Positions 20,385 through 29,044 of a stretch of 64,000 nucleotides of DNA are shown here, in pieces. This DNA comes from an uncultured Gammaproteobacteria bacterium (GTDB lineage Bacteria > Patescibacteriota > Microgenomatia > UBA8517), in the NCBI GenBank assembly GCA_964427735.1, contig CAYRUS010000001.1, forward strand, positions 537,373 through 601,372. Direction: 5' to 3'. The stretch's first letter is position 1. Each line of letters begins with the position of its first letter. The position numbers and the translations under genes are program-made. The notes beneath the pieces are model-generated. The model worked only from the letters and a program-made list of their open reading frames with translations. It had not been told where the DNA came from and did not search any database.

Positions 20385-21475
20385 TTAATTAATTTCTGTG
20401 TAAGTAAATTGTTCATCCATTAACAATTTTATATATGTTAAGTTGTCACTTATACTTCGAATCTGACCATTAAACATATCATGTTCTGGGTTGTCTTTTT
20501 CCACACCTAAACTTGATAAAAATAATGGTCTGTAAAGACAAAGCAGTTTAGCAAATTCATAATTGTATTCTTTGTCATCGTACAGATATTCAATAACAGA
20601 CTTTAGAAAAACTTGCTGTAATTCTCTGTTTTCCCAGGACCTTGCAAAAAAGTTTCCAAGGTCAAGAAGTTGAGCTATTGGCTGAAACGGGGTTAACTCA
20701 GCATGCTCAAAGTCTAGCATCAACAAATTACCATCATTTGCAAATACAAAGTTATTAGGTGCAGCATCACCGTGTGCCAGAAACATTTCGCTACTAGGCG
20801 TTAATCCAAAGATAAGTTTTTCGAACAAATCCTCTGTTTGTGTAATATAATCTTTAATCTCATCTTCATTTTCCGAATCCACAATTCCATGCAAGAGCAT
20901 ATTCTTGTGTTTTATCCAAATCTTTTTAATGCCGTCTGGAGTGAACTCGGTCTTTTTTTTTAAGTTAATTCTTCTGGAGCAACTTCTGCAGCAACATCTA
21001 TATTGTTTAAGTTAAGTATTTCAAGAGCAGTAATCCTGCCATAAGAAGGGTATATAAATTCCGTTCTTGATTTATGAAACAACCCTTCTCTAATTCTTTC
21101 CATTACCAAAATACCCCACTTCTGGTCTTTGGAAATAAAGTAGGGGATCTCCACTTCTGCAACCGGTACATCATTTTCTTGGGCTAAAACAGTTGCCGCA
21201 GACTGTCTTCTCATTAAGCTGTCTGTTTTTGTGTCTGTTGGGGCGACTTTTATAAACTGTTCTGGGGTTTGAAAATAATAATACCTCCTTTCTCTTTCAA
21301 CTTCTTCTTGATTTTCTGCTATATGAGAGTCGACTTGTTTAATTTCAGATGTTTCTAAATGTAATGCTTCTGATAAAGTGTACAAAATTACTGACTGTTG
21401 TTCTTTGGTAAGAAATGGTAATCTGTCTTTGTGTAATACTTCTTTCCGACCTTGTTCCATATAAATAATATACAC
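20385..21475 (-). pseudogene. aminoglycoside/choline-kinase-like phosphotransferase (APH family), split by a frameshift at a poly-T tract
   Basis: ORF 20960..21475 holds the N-terminal half. ORF 20385..20900 holds the C-terminal half with the Brenner/APH motifs (HGDAAPNNFVF...LMLDFEHAELTPF). The two are in different frames (62-nt offset) and separated by a T10 run at ~20952-20961. The downstream frame stays open upstream of its Met (...KKKTEFTPDGIKKIWIKHKNM...). Confidence 0.6.
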
Positions 21476-21840
21476 TAAGACACAAACAAAGTTTTAGGGG
21501 GTAATTCACTTTAAAGACAATTGAAATCAATTATTTCTTCCTCTAAAAATTGAAATGAATTGTTTAAACAGAAGCGTTTTCGAGAACTTTTATTCATTTA
21601 CAATGTTCACACCCAAGAAGTCATCGTGTTTTTCAAGTATTCGTTCTATATGACCAAGCACCAAAGCTGTTTGCTTAGATTCTTTTCAACCTCATCTATT
21701 TGTTCCTCCAATAAATCAAACGAAGGTAATACAACCTTCTTCAATGTTTCAGTCATTAACTTATTCTTTTCTGTTTTTTCTGGTACTGTAAATTTATTCA
21801 TTTTTATTAAATCCTAACTCTGTTTTTTGAAATTGCAAGA

Positions 21841-22332
21841 ATCGCAGAGCATCATCATACCTGAAGTTCTGTTTTTAGAAAACGTCAGAAATTTGGTAAA
21901 CCACGCTAAAGGAAACACCTTCAAAACTATATTAAAAGTATTAGATCAATTGGGAAACCATACTTTTACAATGTAATAAACTCTGGGCATTATGGAATTC
22001 CTCAAAATAGAGAAAGGGTGTTTATTGTATCTTTCAGAAAAGACCTCAGAGTAAATGCTTTTGAATTTCCTCAACCTACTTTTGAAAGAGTATCGGTAAG
22101 TCAAATATTGTTAGATGACGAGCAAAGCGGACATTTGGCTATAGAAAGAGACGACATAAATATCTACCAGGAAAAAGGACTAACAAAAATTCCCCCATTA
22201 AAACCGATAAGAAGTAGAAACTATACTTCTTTAACTAAAACTAAAATAAATCAGAAAATACAAGCTTTTGATTACAAAAAAGATTTAATAATAAAAGAGG
22301 AAATAGGTAATGAAACTTTGATTATCAAATAG
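21841..22332 (+). pseudogene. DNA (cytosine-5)-methyltransferase remnant (C-terminal half only, with internal stops)
   Basis: Manual translation gives PEVLFLENVRNLVNH (motif VI ENV) and GIPQNRERVFIVSFRKDL (motif VIII QxRxR), broken by a TM** double stop. It continues into ORF 22018..22332 (MFIVSFRKDLRVNAFEFPQP...). No motif I/IV (FxGxG/PCQ) is found upstream. Confidence 0.55.
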
Positions 22333-22563
22333 TTTGATAGTAGTTGAAGTAAAAAAAGTTCTTAGTAATAAATTAACTTACCTTTGTAGTCTTATTTTTC
22401 AACGTATGTCATTACATGTTTAAATCCATTTGATTATTCGTTAACCAGATCTTAGCATTTCAATTACCTTTTTAAGTTTTATTTTTTATGAAGAAGTTTT
22501 TACTACTTACACAAATGAAGTTTGGCACTACTTATTTTAGTCTTACTGCCAATAACTTAGAAG

Positions 22564-22893
22564 TTATCTTGCTTGATTATCTAACAACTTACGTAGTTCT
22601 TCATTTAATTCTTCTACTTTATTAACATCACCAGATTGTTCGTATGCAGCTATTTTACCCTTTAGTCTAGCGATCTTGATATCTAATTCCGGAATTTGTG
22701 AGTTAGTAGCTTTCGAGACTTGCTTCGCAATTTGATTTTGAATTGTTATCAGTTCTTTTGAACTAGTTTGTTTGTTTATAAGTCCTTCCCAATATAGGTT
22801 CTCCAACTTCGAAAGTACATCGAGTTTTAATTTTCTTACTTCTGGAATCCATGGTTTCCTTTCCAAATCAATTAAATCATCTATGTCTGACAT
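22564..22893 (-). CDS. hypothetical coiled-coil protein
   Basis: 109-aa ORF predicted mostly helical with no motif. Confidence 0.4.
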   Translation of the reverse strand: MSDIDDLIDLERKPWIPEVRKLKLDVLSKLENLYWEGLINKQTSSKELITIQNQIAKQVSKATNSQIPELDIKIARLKGKIAAYEQSGDVNKVEELNEELRKLLDNQAR

Positions 22894-22937
22894 AAATAAA
22901 TATTTTATTCAATCAATGTTATCAAATATTTTAGAAT

Positions 22938-23408
22938 CTACTTAGGCCTTACCACCAAGTAGCGTTCGTGGCCTTCACCTTGAGATTCTGTTTCTACTTC
23001 TTCATATTCTGAAAGTACTGTATGAACTATTCTTCTTTGATTTGGATTAAGATTATATAGTGTCTGTTCTTCTCCAGTGTCTAATGCCCTCTGGGCTGCT
23101 TGCTTTGCCAAGTCTGTGAGGTAGTCTTCCTGCTTTTCGCGCCAGTCACCAATATTAACTAAGACTCTTACCCAATCTCCGTATTCTTGGCGTACAATTA
23201 ATTGAATAATTGATTGAATCGCAAATAAACTTTCTCCTCTTTTTCCTATCAAAAGTCCTTTTTCGTTTTCAGAAGAGATCTCAACATTAACTGCATCGTT
23301 TTCTTTGTCTTCTATAACTTCTGCAGTTGCTTCTAATCCAATTAATTCCATAAGTTTATCAACTGTTTCCTGTACTAATTCTAGCTTATTTTTTTCGCTT
23401 TCTGCCAT
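22938..23408 (-). CDS. jag: Jag/KhpB-like RNA-binding protein (KH + R3H domains)
   Basis: The C-terminal NPNQRRIVHTVLSEY...HERYLVVRPK matches the R3H signature. The position next to yidC is conserved. Confidence 0.8.
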   Translation of the reverse strand: MAESEKNKLELVQETVDKLMELIGLEATAEVIEDKENDAVNVEISSENEKGLLIGKRGESLFAIQSIIQLIVRQEYGDWVRVLVNIGDWREKQEDYLTDLAKQAAQRALDTGEEQTLYNLNPNQRRIVHTVLSEYEEVETESQGEGHERYLVVRPK

Positions 23409-24228
23409 TTTTGCCTTTCTTGTCGGATTTTACCAGAGAGAACCGATTAAGGAAAGAGGTAAGCTCTCCTGGACCTGATACTCTGTATTGTTGCCATGCC
23501 TGGAATACTGAAATAACTAACCAGTACAATGCAAGAGCAGACGGAAACCTCATTCCTATAAATAAGGTAAACAAAGGAAATGTAAACATCATTGATTTTT
23601 GCATTGATGCCTGAATATCATCCATTTCACCTTTTGTTTTTTCTGCAACCTTTTCTCCTAATTCACTAGCAGGTTGCATTATTAAAGATGACGCAAGTTG
23701 AGCCAAAGCAGATAAAACAAGTAAAACTCCAGGTAAAGGAAATGGTAAACCTGATATATTTATTACATCTGGTTTTGCTAGATCAAGATATAAGAATTTT
23801 GTATTAAGTATCTCTCCGTCAGCAAATTGCAAAGCAGGGTACAAAAGATTATTAAAATTCTCCACAGGATTACCGTCTATAGATAAGGTACGAGTAAAAA
23901 CTTGAAAAAATGCAATTAATATTACTATCTGTAGTAAATAGGGTAAACACCCAGCACCTGGATTAATACCTTTCTCACGATAAAAATCAGCTTGTGCTTG
24001 TGTAAGTTTGATTTTGTCATCTTTATGCTTTTGTTTTAATTTTTCTAAATCCTTTGAATACTTTCTCATTTTCCTCATAGACTCTAAATATGGTTTAGTT
24101 AAAGGGTTTAAAAGTAAACGAAGAACTATTGTAAAAAAGATAACGGCAAGGCCTAGATTTCCTCCAAATATTCTATAAAAAAGAATTAGCCCGTTTGTTA
24201 AAGGTTCAACAAGCAAAGTTGTAAACAT
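23386..24228 (-). CDS. yidC: membrane protein insertase YidC/Oxa1 (short form)
   Basis: 280 aa. GCLPYLLQIVILIAFFQVF and the polytopic pattern are typical of short YidC. Confidence 0.85.
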   Translation of the reverse strand: MFTTLLVEPLTNGLILFYRIFGGNLGLAVIFFTIVLRLLLNPLTKPYLESMRKMRKYSKDLEKLKQKHKDDKIKLTQAQADFYREKGINPGAGCLPYLLQIVILIAFFQVFTRTLSIDGNPVENFNNLLYPALQFADGEILNTKFLYLDLAKPDVINISGLPFPLPGVLLVLSALAQLASSLIMQPASELGEKVAEKTKGEMDDIQASMQKSMMFTFPLFTLFIGMRFPSALALYWLVISVFQAWQQYRVSGPGELTSFLNRFSLVKSDKKGKNGRKRKK

Positions 24229-24324
24229 ATTTTATTATTATAGTGGTAAATTTAGAAAATCAAAAATCAGATTTTAAAACTGAACAAAAGAAAATGCAAA
24301 TAAGCACGTTAAAATATTACATAA

Positions 24325-24546
24325 TTACTTTAATGGATCGTATCCTCCTTTTGTTAATGGACTGCATTTAATTATACGTTTTAAAGATAACTGAACACCT
24401 TTTGTTGCACCATATTTTTGAATAGCTTGTTTTGAATACTCACTACAGGTGGGGGTAAATTTGCAAGCATGTCCAAACAATGTTTTTAAAACAGGAGAAA
24501 ATATTGATTTGTATATACGAATAAGAAATAAAAGAATTTCTTTCAT
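24325..24546 (-). CDS. yidD: membrane protein insertion efficiency factor YidD
   Basis: 73 aa. SPVLKTLFGHACKFTPTCSEYSKQAIQKYG matches YidD. Confidence 0.8.
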   Translation of the reverse strand: MKEILLFLIRIYKSIFSPVLKTLFGHACKFTPTCSEYSKQAIQKYGATKGVQLSLKRIIKCSPLTKGGYDPLK

Positions 24547-24881
24547 TTTATTATTTCAGCCGTTTTAAAAACAGCTAATATATCTTTTTTGATCTCATTT
24601 AAATCAGCATTAATCAAATTTCTGTTTACTAAAAATAAAACATATACATTATTACTGACTTCTGGAAGTATTTGACGTAAAGCTTCTCTTATCAATCTTC
24701 GTGAGCGGTTTCTGTCTGTTGCTTTTTTATAAACTTTTTTGGAGACAATTATTCCAGCTTTGAAAACATCTTTATTATCTAGAACCAGTAAACCGAAATT
24801 TTTACTTCTATGAAGAACTCCTTCTTTTTTAACTAAATCAATCTCTTTATCTTTAGACAGTCTATGTTGTTGAGGAAGCAT
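24543..24881 (-). CDS. rnpA: ribonuclease P protein component
   Basis: 112 aa, basic, with LPQQHRLSKDKEI...FGLLV. It sits between rpmH and yidD as in the canonical operon. Confidence 0.8.
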   Translation of the reverse strand: MLPQQHRLSKDKEIDLVKKEGVLHRSKNFGLLVLDNKDVFKAGIIVSKKVYKKATDRNRSRRLIREALRQILPEVSNNVYVLFLVNRNLINADLNEIKKDILAVFKTAEIIK

Positions 24882-24922
24882 GATGGAAGGTGATAAATAT
24901 AATTATTACGCCAAAGATTTTT

Positions 24923-25060
24923 TTAATTTGCTAGTTTTTTTCTACCTCTTTGTCGTCTTTTCTTAATAACTTCTTTTCCGGCTTTTGTCTTCATACGTGC
25001 TCTAAAACCGAATCTTCTGGCTCTTTTTATTTTGCTAGGTTGATAAGTTCTTTTTGGCAT
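24923..25060 (-). CDS. rpmH: 50S ribosomal protein L34
   Basis: Manual translation gives [45 protein letters not shown]. It is absent from the ORF track because it is under 60 aa. Confidence 0.85.
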   Translation of the reverse strand: MPKRTYQPSKIKRARRFGFRARMKTKAGKEVIKKRRQRGRKKLAN

Positions 25061-25130
25061 AGACCATATTATAAAGCAAACCTCCAATATAGTAAAATTC
25101 CAAATTGATATCTAAATAATAATGTCGTGT

Positions 25131-25190
25131 TATCTTTGTGGATAACAAGTTGGTGTTCGTGGTTTTTTGGGGTTGACTATTTGTGGATAA
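25131..25190 (+). promoter_or_regulatory. DnaA boxes upstream of dnaA (two perfect TGTGGATAA, one within a TGTTATC..GATAACA palindrome)
   Basis: Direct read: cgtgTTATCtttgTGGATAAcaag and tttgTGGATAAccc. Confidence 0.6.
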
Positions 25191-25232
25191 CCCAACTATT
25201 ATCAAGTCGCAAGACAAAGAGTTTTTTGGACC

Positions 25233-26618
25233 ATGGATAACCCTGACACTAGAAAAATCTGGAATGAAACCTTAGAAAGTATAAAAATAACAGTATCTGG
25301 AGCAATATTTTCTACTTGGTTTACCCAAACCCATTTATCATCATTGACTAAAAAGGGAGATAGATACAATGCAGAAATTGGTTGTTCCTCATCTTATGTC
25401 AGAGCTACTATAGAAAGTCGTTACTATGGACTAGTTCAAGATTCTCTTGCAAAGTCATTATCAGCTTCCTGCGACATATCTTTTACAGTAAAGGCAGATC
25501 CAAATCAAAAGCCTCCAGAGAAAAAGTCAAAAAGCGAAACTGATTCTCCTCTTTTCAATAATGAAACTGACGAAAATGTTTTAAATGAAAGACTAAAAAA
25601 CGCACATATTAGACCTGGCTTTACTTTTGAAAACTTTGCTGTTTCTGGTTCTAATCAGATGGCTTGGGCTGCAGCCGAAGCAGTGGCAGATAATCCAGGT
25701 CAAGCATATAACCCACTTTTTATTTGGGGTGGAGTTGGAGTAGGGAAAACTCACTTAATGAATGCAATTGGATACCGCTTAAGCGAAAAGACAGCTGATA
25801 CCAAACTCATTTTTTGTACGGGAGAACAATTCACAAATGATATTGTAGAAGGGATAAAAAATAAATCTACTCAAAAATTTCGAAATAAATATAGAAGAGT
25901 AGATGCACTTTTTATTGACGATATCCAGTTTATTGCAGGAAAAGACGCAGTCCAAGAAGAGTTTTTTCACACTTTTAATGCCATAGTCGCCTCAGGAGGA
26001 CAAATAGTACTTAACTCGGATCGCCCTCCCTCAGAAATAGCAAAATTAGAAGAACGTCTTAGAAGCCGCTTTGAAGCAGGATTGATAGTTGATATATCAC
26101 CACCTGACTTTGAGTTAAGATGTGCAATTATTATGATCAAGGCAGAAGAAAAGGGAATTAATCTTAATGAAGATCTAGTTAGACTAACAGCAGGAAACAT
26201 ACAAACAGCAAGACAAATAGAAGGTTTCTTGGTTAGATTAACAAGTGAAGCAAGGCTTAAAGGAGTGAATATTGATGAGGACTTGATTAAATCAATGTTT
26301 GTCAGTAACGGTGAAGTCGAGGTACCAAAAAAAATAAAGACAACACCACAAGAAATTATAAATGCTGTTTCAAAACACTATTCAATAGGCAAAAGAGCAC
26401 TTCTTGGAAAGTCACGAGCAAAACCAGTTTCATTTCCAAGACAAATTTTAATGTACTTACTTAGAATTGATTTAGGATTACCTTTGCAGGAAGTAGGAAG
26501 AATAGTAGGAGGAAGAGATCATACAACTGTGATGCATGCTGTGGATAAAGTAACGGACCTAGCCAAGGACGATGTGGAAATCCGTCAGGATATCCGGGGG
26601 ATAAAAAATATGCTTTGA
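25233..26618 (+). CDS. dnaA: chromosomal replication initiator DnaA
   Basis: Walker A GGVGVGKTHLMNAIG, the AAA+ sensor motifs and the C-terminal DNA-binding HTH (..DHTTVMHA..). Confidence 0.95.
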   Translation: MDNPDTRKIWNETLESIKITVSGAIFSTWFTQTHLSSLTKKGDRYNAEIGCSSSYVRATIESRYYGLVQDSLAKSLSASCDISFTVKADPNQKPPEKKSKSETDSPLFNNETDENVLNERLKNAHIRPGFTFENFAVSGSNQMAWAAAEAVADNPGQAYNPLFIWGGVGVGKTHLMNAIGYRLSEKTADTKLIFCTGEQFTNDIVEGIKNKSTQKFRNKYRRVDALFIDDIQFIAGKDAVQEEFFHTFNAIVASGGQIVLNSDRPPSEIAKLEERLRSRFEAGLIVDISPPDFELRCAIIMIKAEEKGINLNEDLVRLTAGNIQTARQIEGFLVRLTSEARLKGVNIDEDLIKSMFVSNGEVEVPKKIKTTPQEIINAVSKHYSIGKRALLGKSRAKPVSFPRQILMYLLRIDLGLPLQEVGRIVGGRDHTTVMHAVDKVTDLAKDDVEIRQDIRGIKNML

Positions 26619-26948
26619 GGATAAATGAGGATAAAAAAATCTTCTTTTACACATAACCACAATTTTATTTAAATAATCCACAAAGTTATTCACATTTTAT
26701 TCAATATCTTTTAAACATTTATATTTAGGCATGATTACGCATACTTTTCCACTTATCAACAACCCCTACTACTAATACTACTATTTTATATATAAATATA
26801 TAGAGAGAGTAAAATATCAACAATCAAATTTCGTAAACTGCAATTAAAATATATTAATCTTTTAGAAAGATAAAATGCTATTATTAATAATTAAAATTCT
26901 ATTAAGAAAAAGGCTAATGAGTATTTACAGTATGATATACTCCATTAT
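26619..26948 (+). promoter_or_regulatory. putative oriC segment (AT-rich DUE plus degenerate DnaA boxes) between dnaA and dnaN
   Basis: The 8/9-matching boxes taATCCACAaag, TTATtCACA and TTATCaACA occur alongside a ttttatatataaatatatagagagag AT-rich tract. Confidence 0.5.
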
Positions 26949-28049
26949 ATGAAACTTCAGGTACTGCAAAGTAGTATGTCGAAAGTACTGCAAATAGCAG
27001 CAAGATTTGCAAGTACAAGAGCTCAATTACCAGTACTTAATAATATAAAGTTAGCTGCATATGCTAATAAAATAGAAGTATCTGCTACTAACCTTGAAAC
27101 CTCTATTAATATTACTTTAGGAGCAAAAGTTGAAGAAGAAGGAGAAATAACCATACCGGCTAAAACTATTGCCGATGTAGTTTCTAATTTAGGTGATAGA
27201 CAATTAACATTAATAGCAGAAAAGGAACAATTGAATATAAGCACAGATAATTTTTCTTCACGTATTGTTGGGATGAACACCTCAGATTTCCCGGATATTC
27301 CAAAAGAAACAGGAGAAAATCCGTTTAAAATAAATAGAGATGCATTGATAAAAGCATTGGATAAAGTTTTGTTTGCTACCTCTACAGACGAGACGAGGCC
27401 GCTTTTAACTGGAGTTTATTTTAATATTGGAACTAGTTTAACTCTAGTTGCAACTGATGGATTTCGCTTGTCTGAGAAAGTTACCGGAATAGACAATTCT
27501 AAAGAAAAAGAAGATATAATATTACCAAAAAATGTTTTGAGTGAATTAGGCAGATTGTCTTCTGGTGAAGAAACTATATTAATGAAATATGATAAAGATA
27601 ACTCTCAAGTTGTTTTTGGGGTTGGAAATATAGTTCTTGCTTCTAGAATTTTATCAGGAGAGTTTCCAGATTACAAAAAAAGAATTCCCGATAAAAGCAA
27701 AATAAGAGTGAATACAGATAAAATGGAAATAGTTAGAGCGATTAAGCTTGCTAGTGTTTTTGCTCGGGAGGGAGCCAATATTGTGAAACTTGGTGTTAAA
27801 GGGGGTAGTCTAGAGGTTTCTGCAGAGAGCAGTTCTGCAGGTAAGCAAGTCACTCAAATTGATGCTCAAGTGGAAGGGGGAGAACTTGAAATTGCATTTA
27901 ATTATAGATTTGTTGAAGAATTTCTAAATTCTATTGAGGGGGAGGATGTTTTGATTGAGTTAAATGACGCTGCTTCTCCCGGAGTGTTTAAAGACCCATC
28001 AGATAAAGATTATCTTCATTTAATCATGCCTCTGAAGCTTCAGGGTTGA
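26949..28049 (+). CDS. dnaN: DNA polymerase III beta sliding clamp
   Basis: 366 aa with three-domain clamp-like composition, immediately after dnaA. Confidence 0.9.
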   Translation: MKLQVLQSSMSKVLQIAARFASTRAQLPVLNNIKLAAYANKIEVSATNLETSINITLGAKVEEEGEITIPAKTIADVVSNLGDRQLTLIAEKEQLNISTDNFSSRIVGMNTSDFPDIPKETGENPFKINRDALIKALDKVLFATSTDETRPLLTGVYFNIGTSLTLVATDGFRLSEKVTGIDNSKEKEDIILPKNVLSELGRLSSGEETILMKYDKDNSQVVFGVGNIVLASRILSGEFPDYKKRIPDKSKIRVNTDKMEIVRAIKLASVFAREGANIVKLGVKGGSLEVSAESSSAGKQVTQIDAQVEGGELEIAFNYRFVEEFLNSIEGEDVLIELNDAASPGVFKDPSDKDYLHLIMPLKLQG

Positions 28050-29038
28050 GAGTAATCGATAGCAGGTAGATAAAATTCTGCTTGGATATTTTCACCATTG
28101 TTCATAAATGCATCACCTTTAAATAAGTAAATTGGTTGTAAATATCTTTGTTCCGAGCTTATTTCTTGCAAATAAGCAATTTCTATAGAATTCAATGTGA
28201 TTTTTCTGACTGAAGTATCAGTTACCTTTGTAGTATCAATCTTTCCATCATCAAGACTTACGATAGCTATGGTATTGATATTATCTGTTATTTGCTCAGC
28301 GCTTTTTAGTGGTCTATTTGAGCTAATCATAAATTCTGGTACTTCGTCAAAATATACTGAAACGACATCTAGTTCATTATTATATGTAATACTTATTGTT
28401 CCCGTTTCATAAGTTTCAGATATCACTTTATATCCATTAATTGACTTTGAATAAGTCAATACTATGGCTGTAGGAGGACCACTTCTTTCTATTCCCTCAA
28501 ATGGATTAATTCTTAAAGTTCGCATTTTTAGAAGGTCAATGTCATCAAGGTTGTCAATAAACCCATTTTCTACCAAATAATTTTTTGCAATTGAATCCAT
28601 TTCGCTCTGAACAGGAATCACACTCAATTCCGATGTAGGTATAACACCTGATCTATAATCAAAAATATTTTGTTTTGTAAGTACTCGTAGGCTTTTACCA
28701 CTATCGTTATAAAAATATGTAGGACCTAGGACTGGGTCTTCAACAATTTTTGGTTCAGTATTAAAACCTAAACTTAAAGTTATTTTATTTAATATATTTG
28801 ATTTAATTTCATTTTGAGTAATTTCATAAACAGGTAATGTCGAAGGGATTTGCAACCCTTCGAAGTTTATTGATATTTCAGTTTCAAACTCTCCTTGGAC
28901 TGATGTTTGTATTTCTGGCTTTGGTAAAGGCCTTTGAGGGACATTTTGTTGATTATTTCTATGTGTGAATAGAAATAGAAAACTAATCGAAATTACAAAA
29001 ATTATAATTGAAATTATTAACTTCTTTTTTATAGTCAT
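28040..29038 (-). CDS. hypothetical bitopic secreted/membrane-anchored protein (distal gene of the T4SS-like operon)
   Basis: 332 aa with an N-terminal TM (LIISIIIFVISISFLFLF) and an extracytoplasmic remainder. The start is 7 nt after the upstream gene. Confidence 0.5.
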   Translation of the reverse strand: MTIKKKLIISIIIFVISISFLFLFTHRNNQQNVPQRPLPKPEIQTSVQGEFETEISINFEGLQIPSTLPVYEITQNEIKSNILNKITLSLGFNTEPKIVEDPVLGPTYFYNDSGKSLRVLTKQNIFDYRSGVIPTSELSVIPVQSEMDSIAKNYLVENGFIDNLDDIDLLKMRTLRINPFEGIERSGPPTAIVLTYSKSINGYKVISETYETGTISITYNNELDVVSVYFDEVPEFMISSNRPLKSAEQITDNINTIAIVSLDDGKIDTTKVTDTSVRKITLNSIEIAYLQEISSEQRYLQPIYLFKGDAFMNNGENIQAEFYLPAIDYSQP

Positions 29039-29044
29039 GTCTTT

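Noticed and set aside
21560-21817. 85-aa plus-strand ORF
   Set aside because: Low-complexity F/S-rich translation. The opposite strand carries the more protein-like 51-codon fragment, and the region is interpreted as a decayed R-M remnant.
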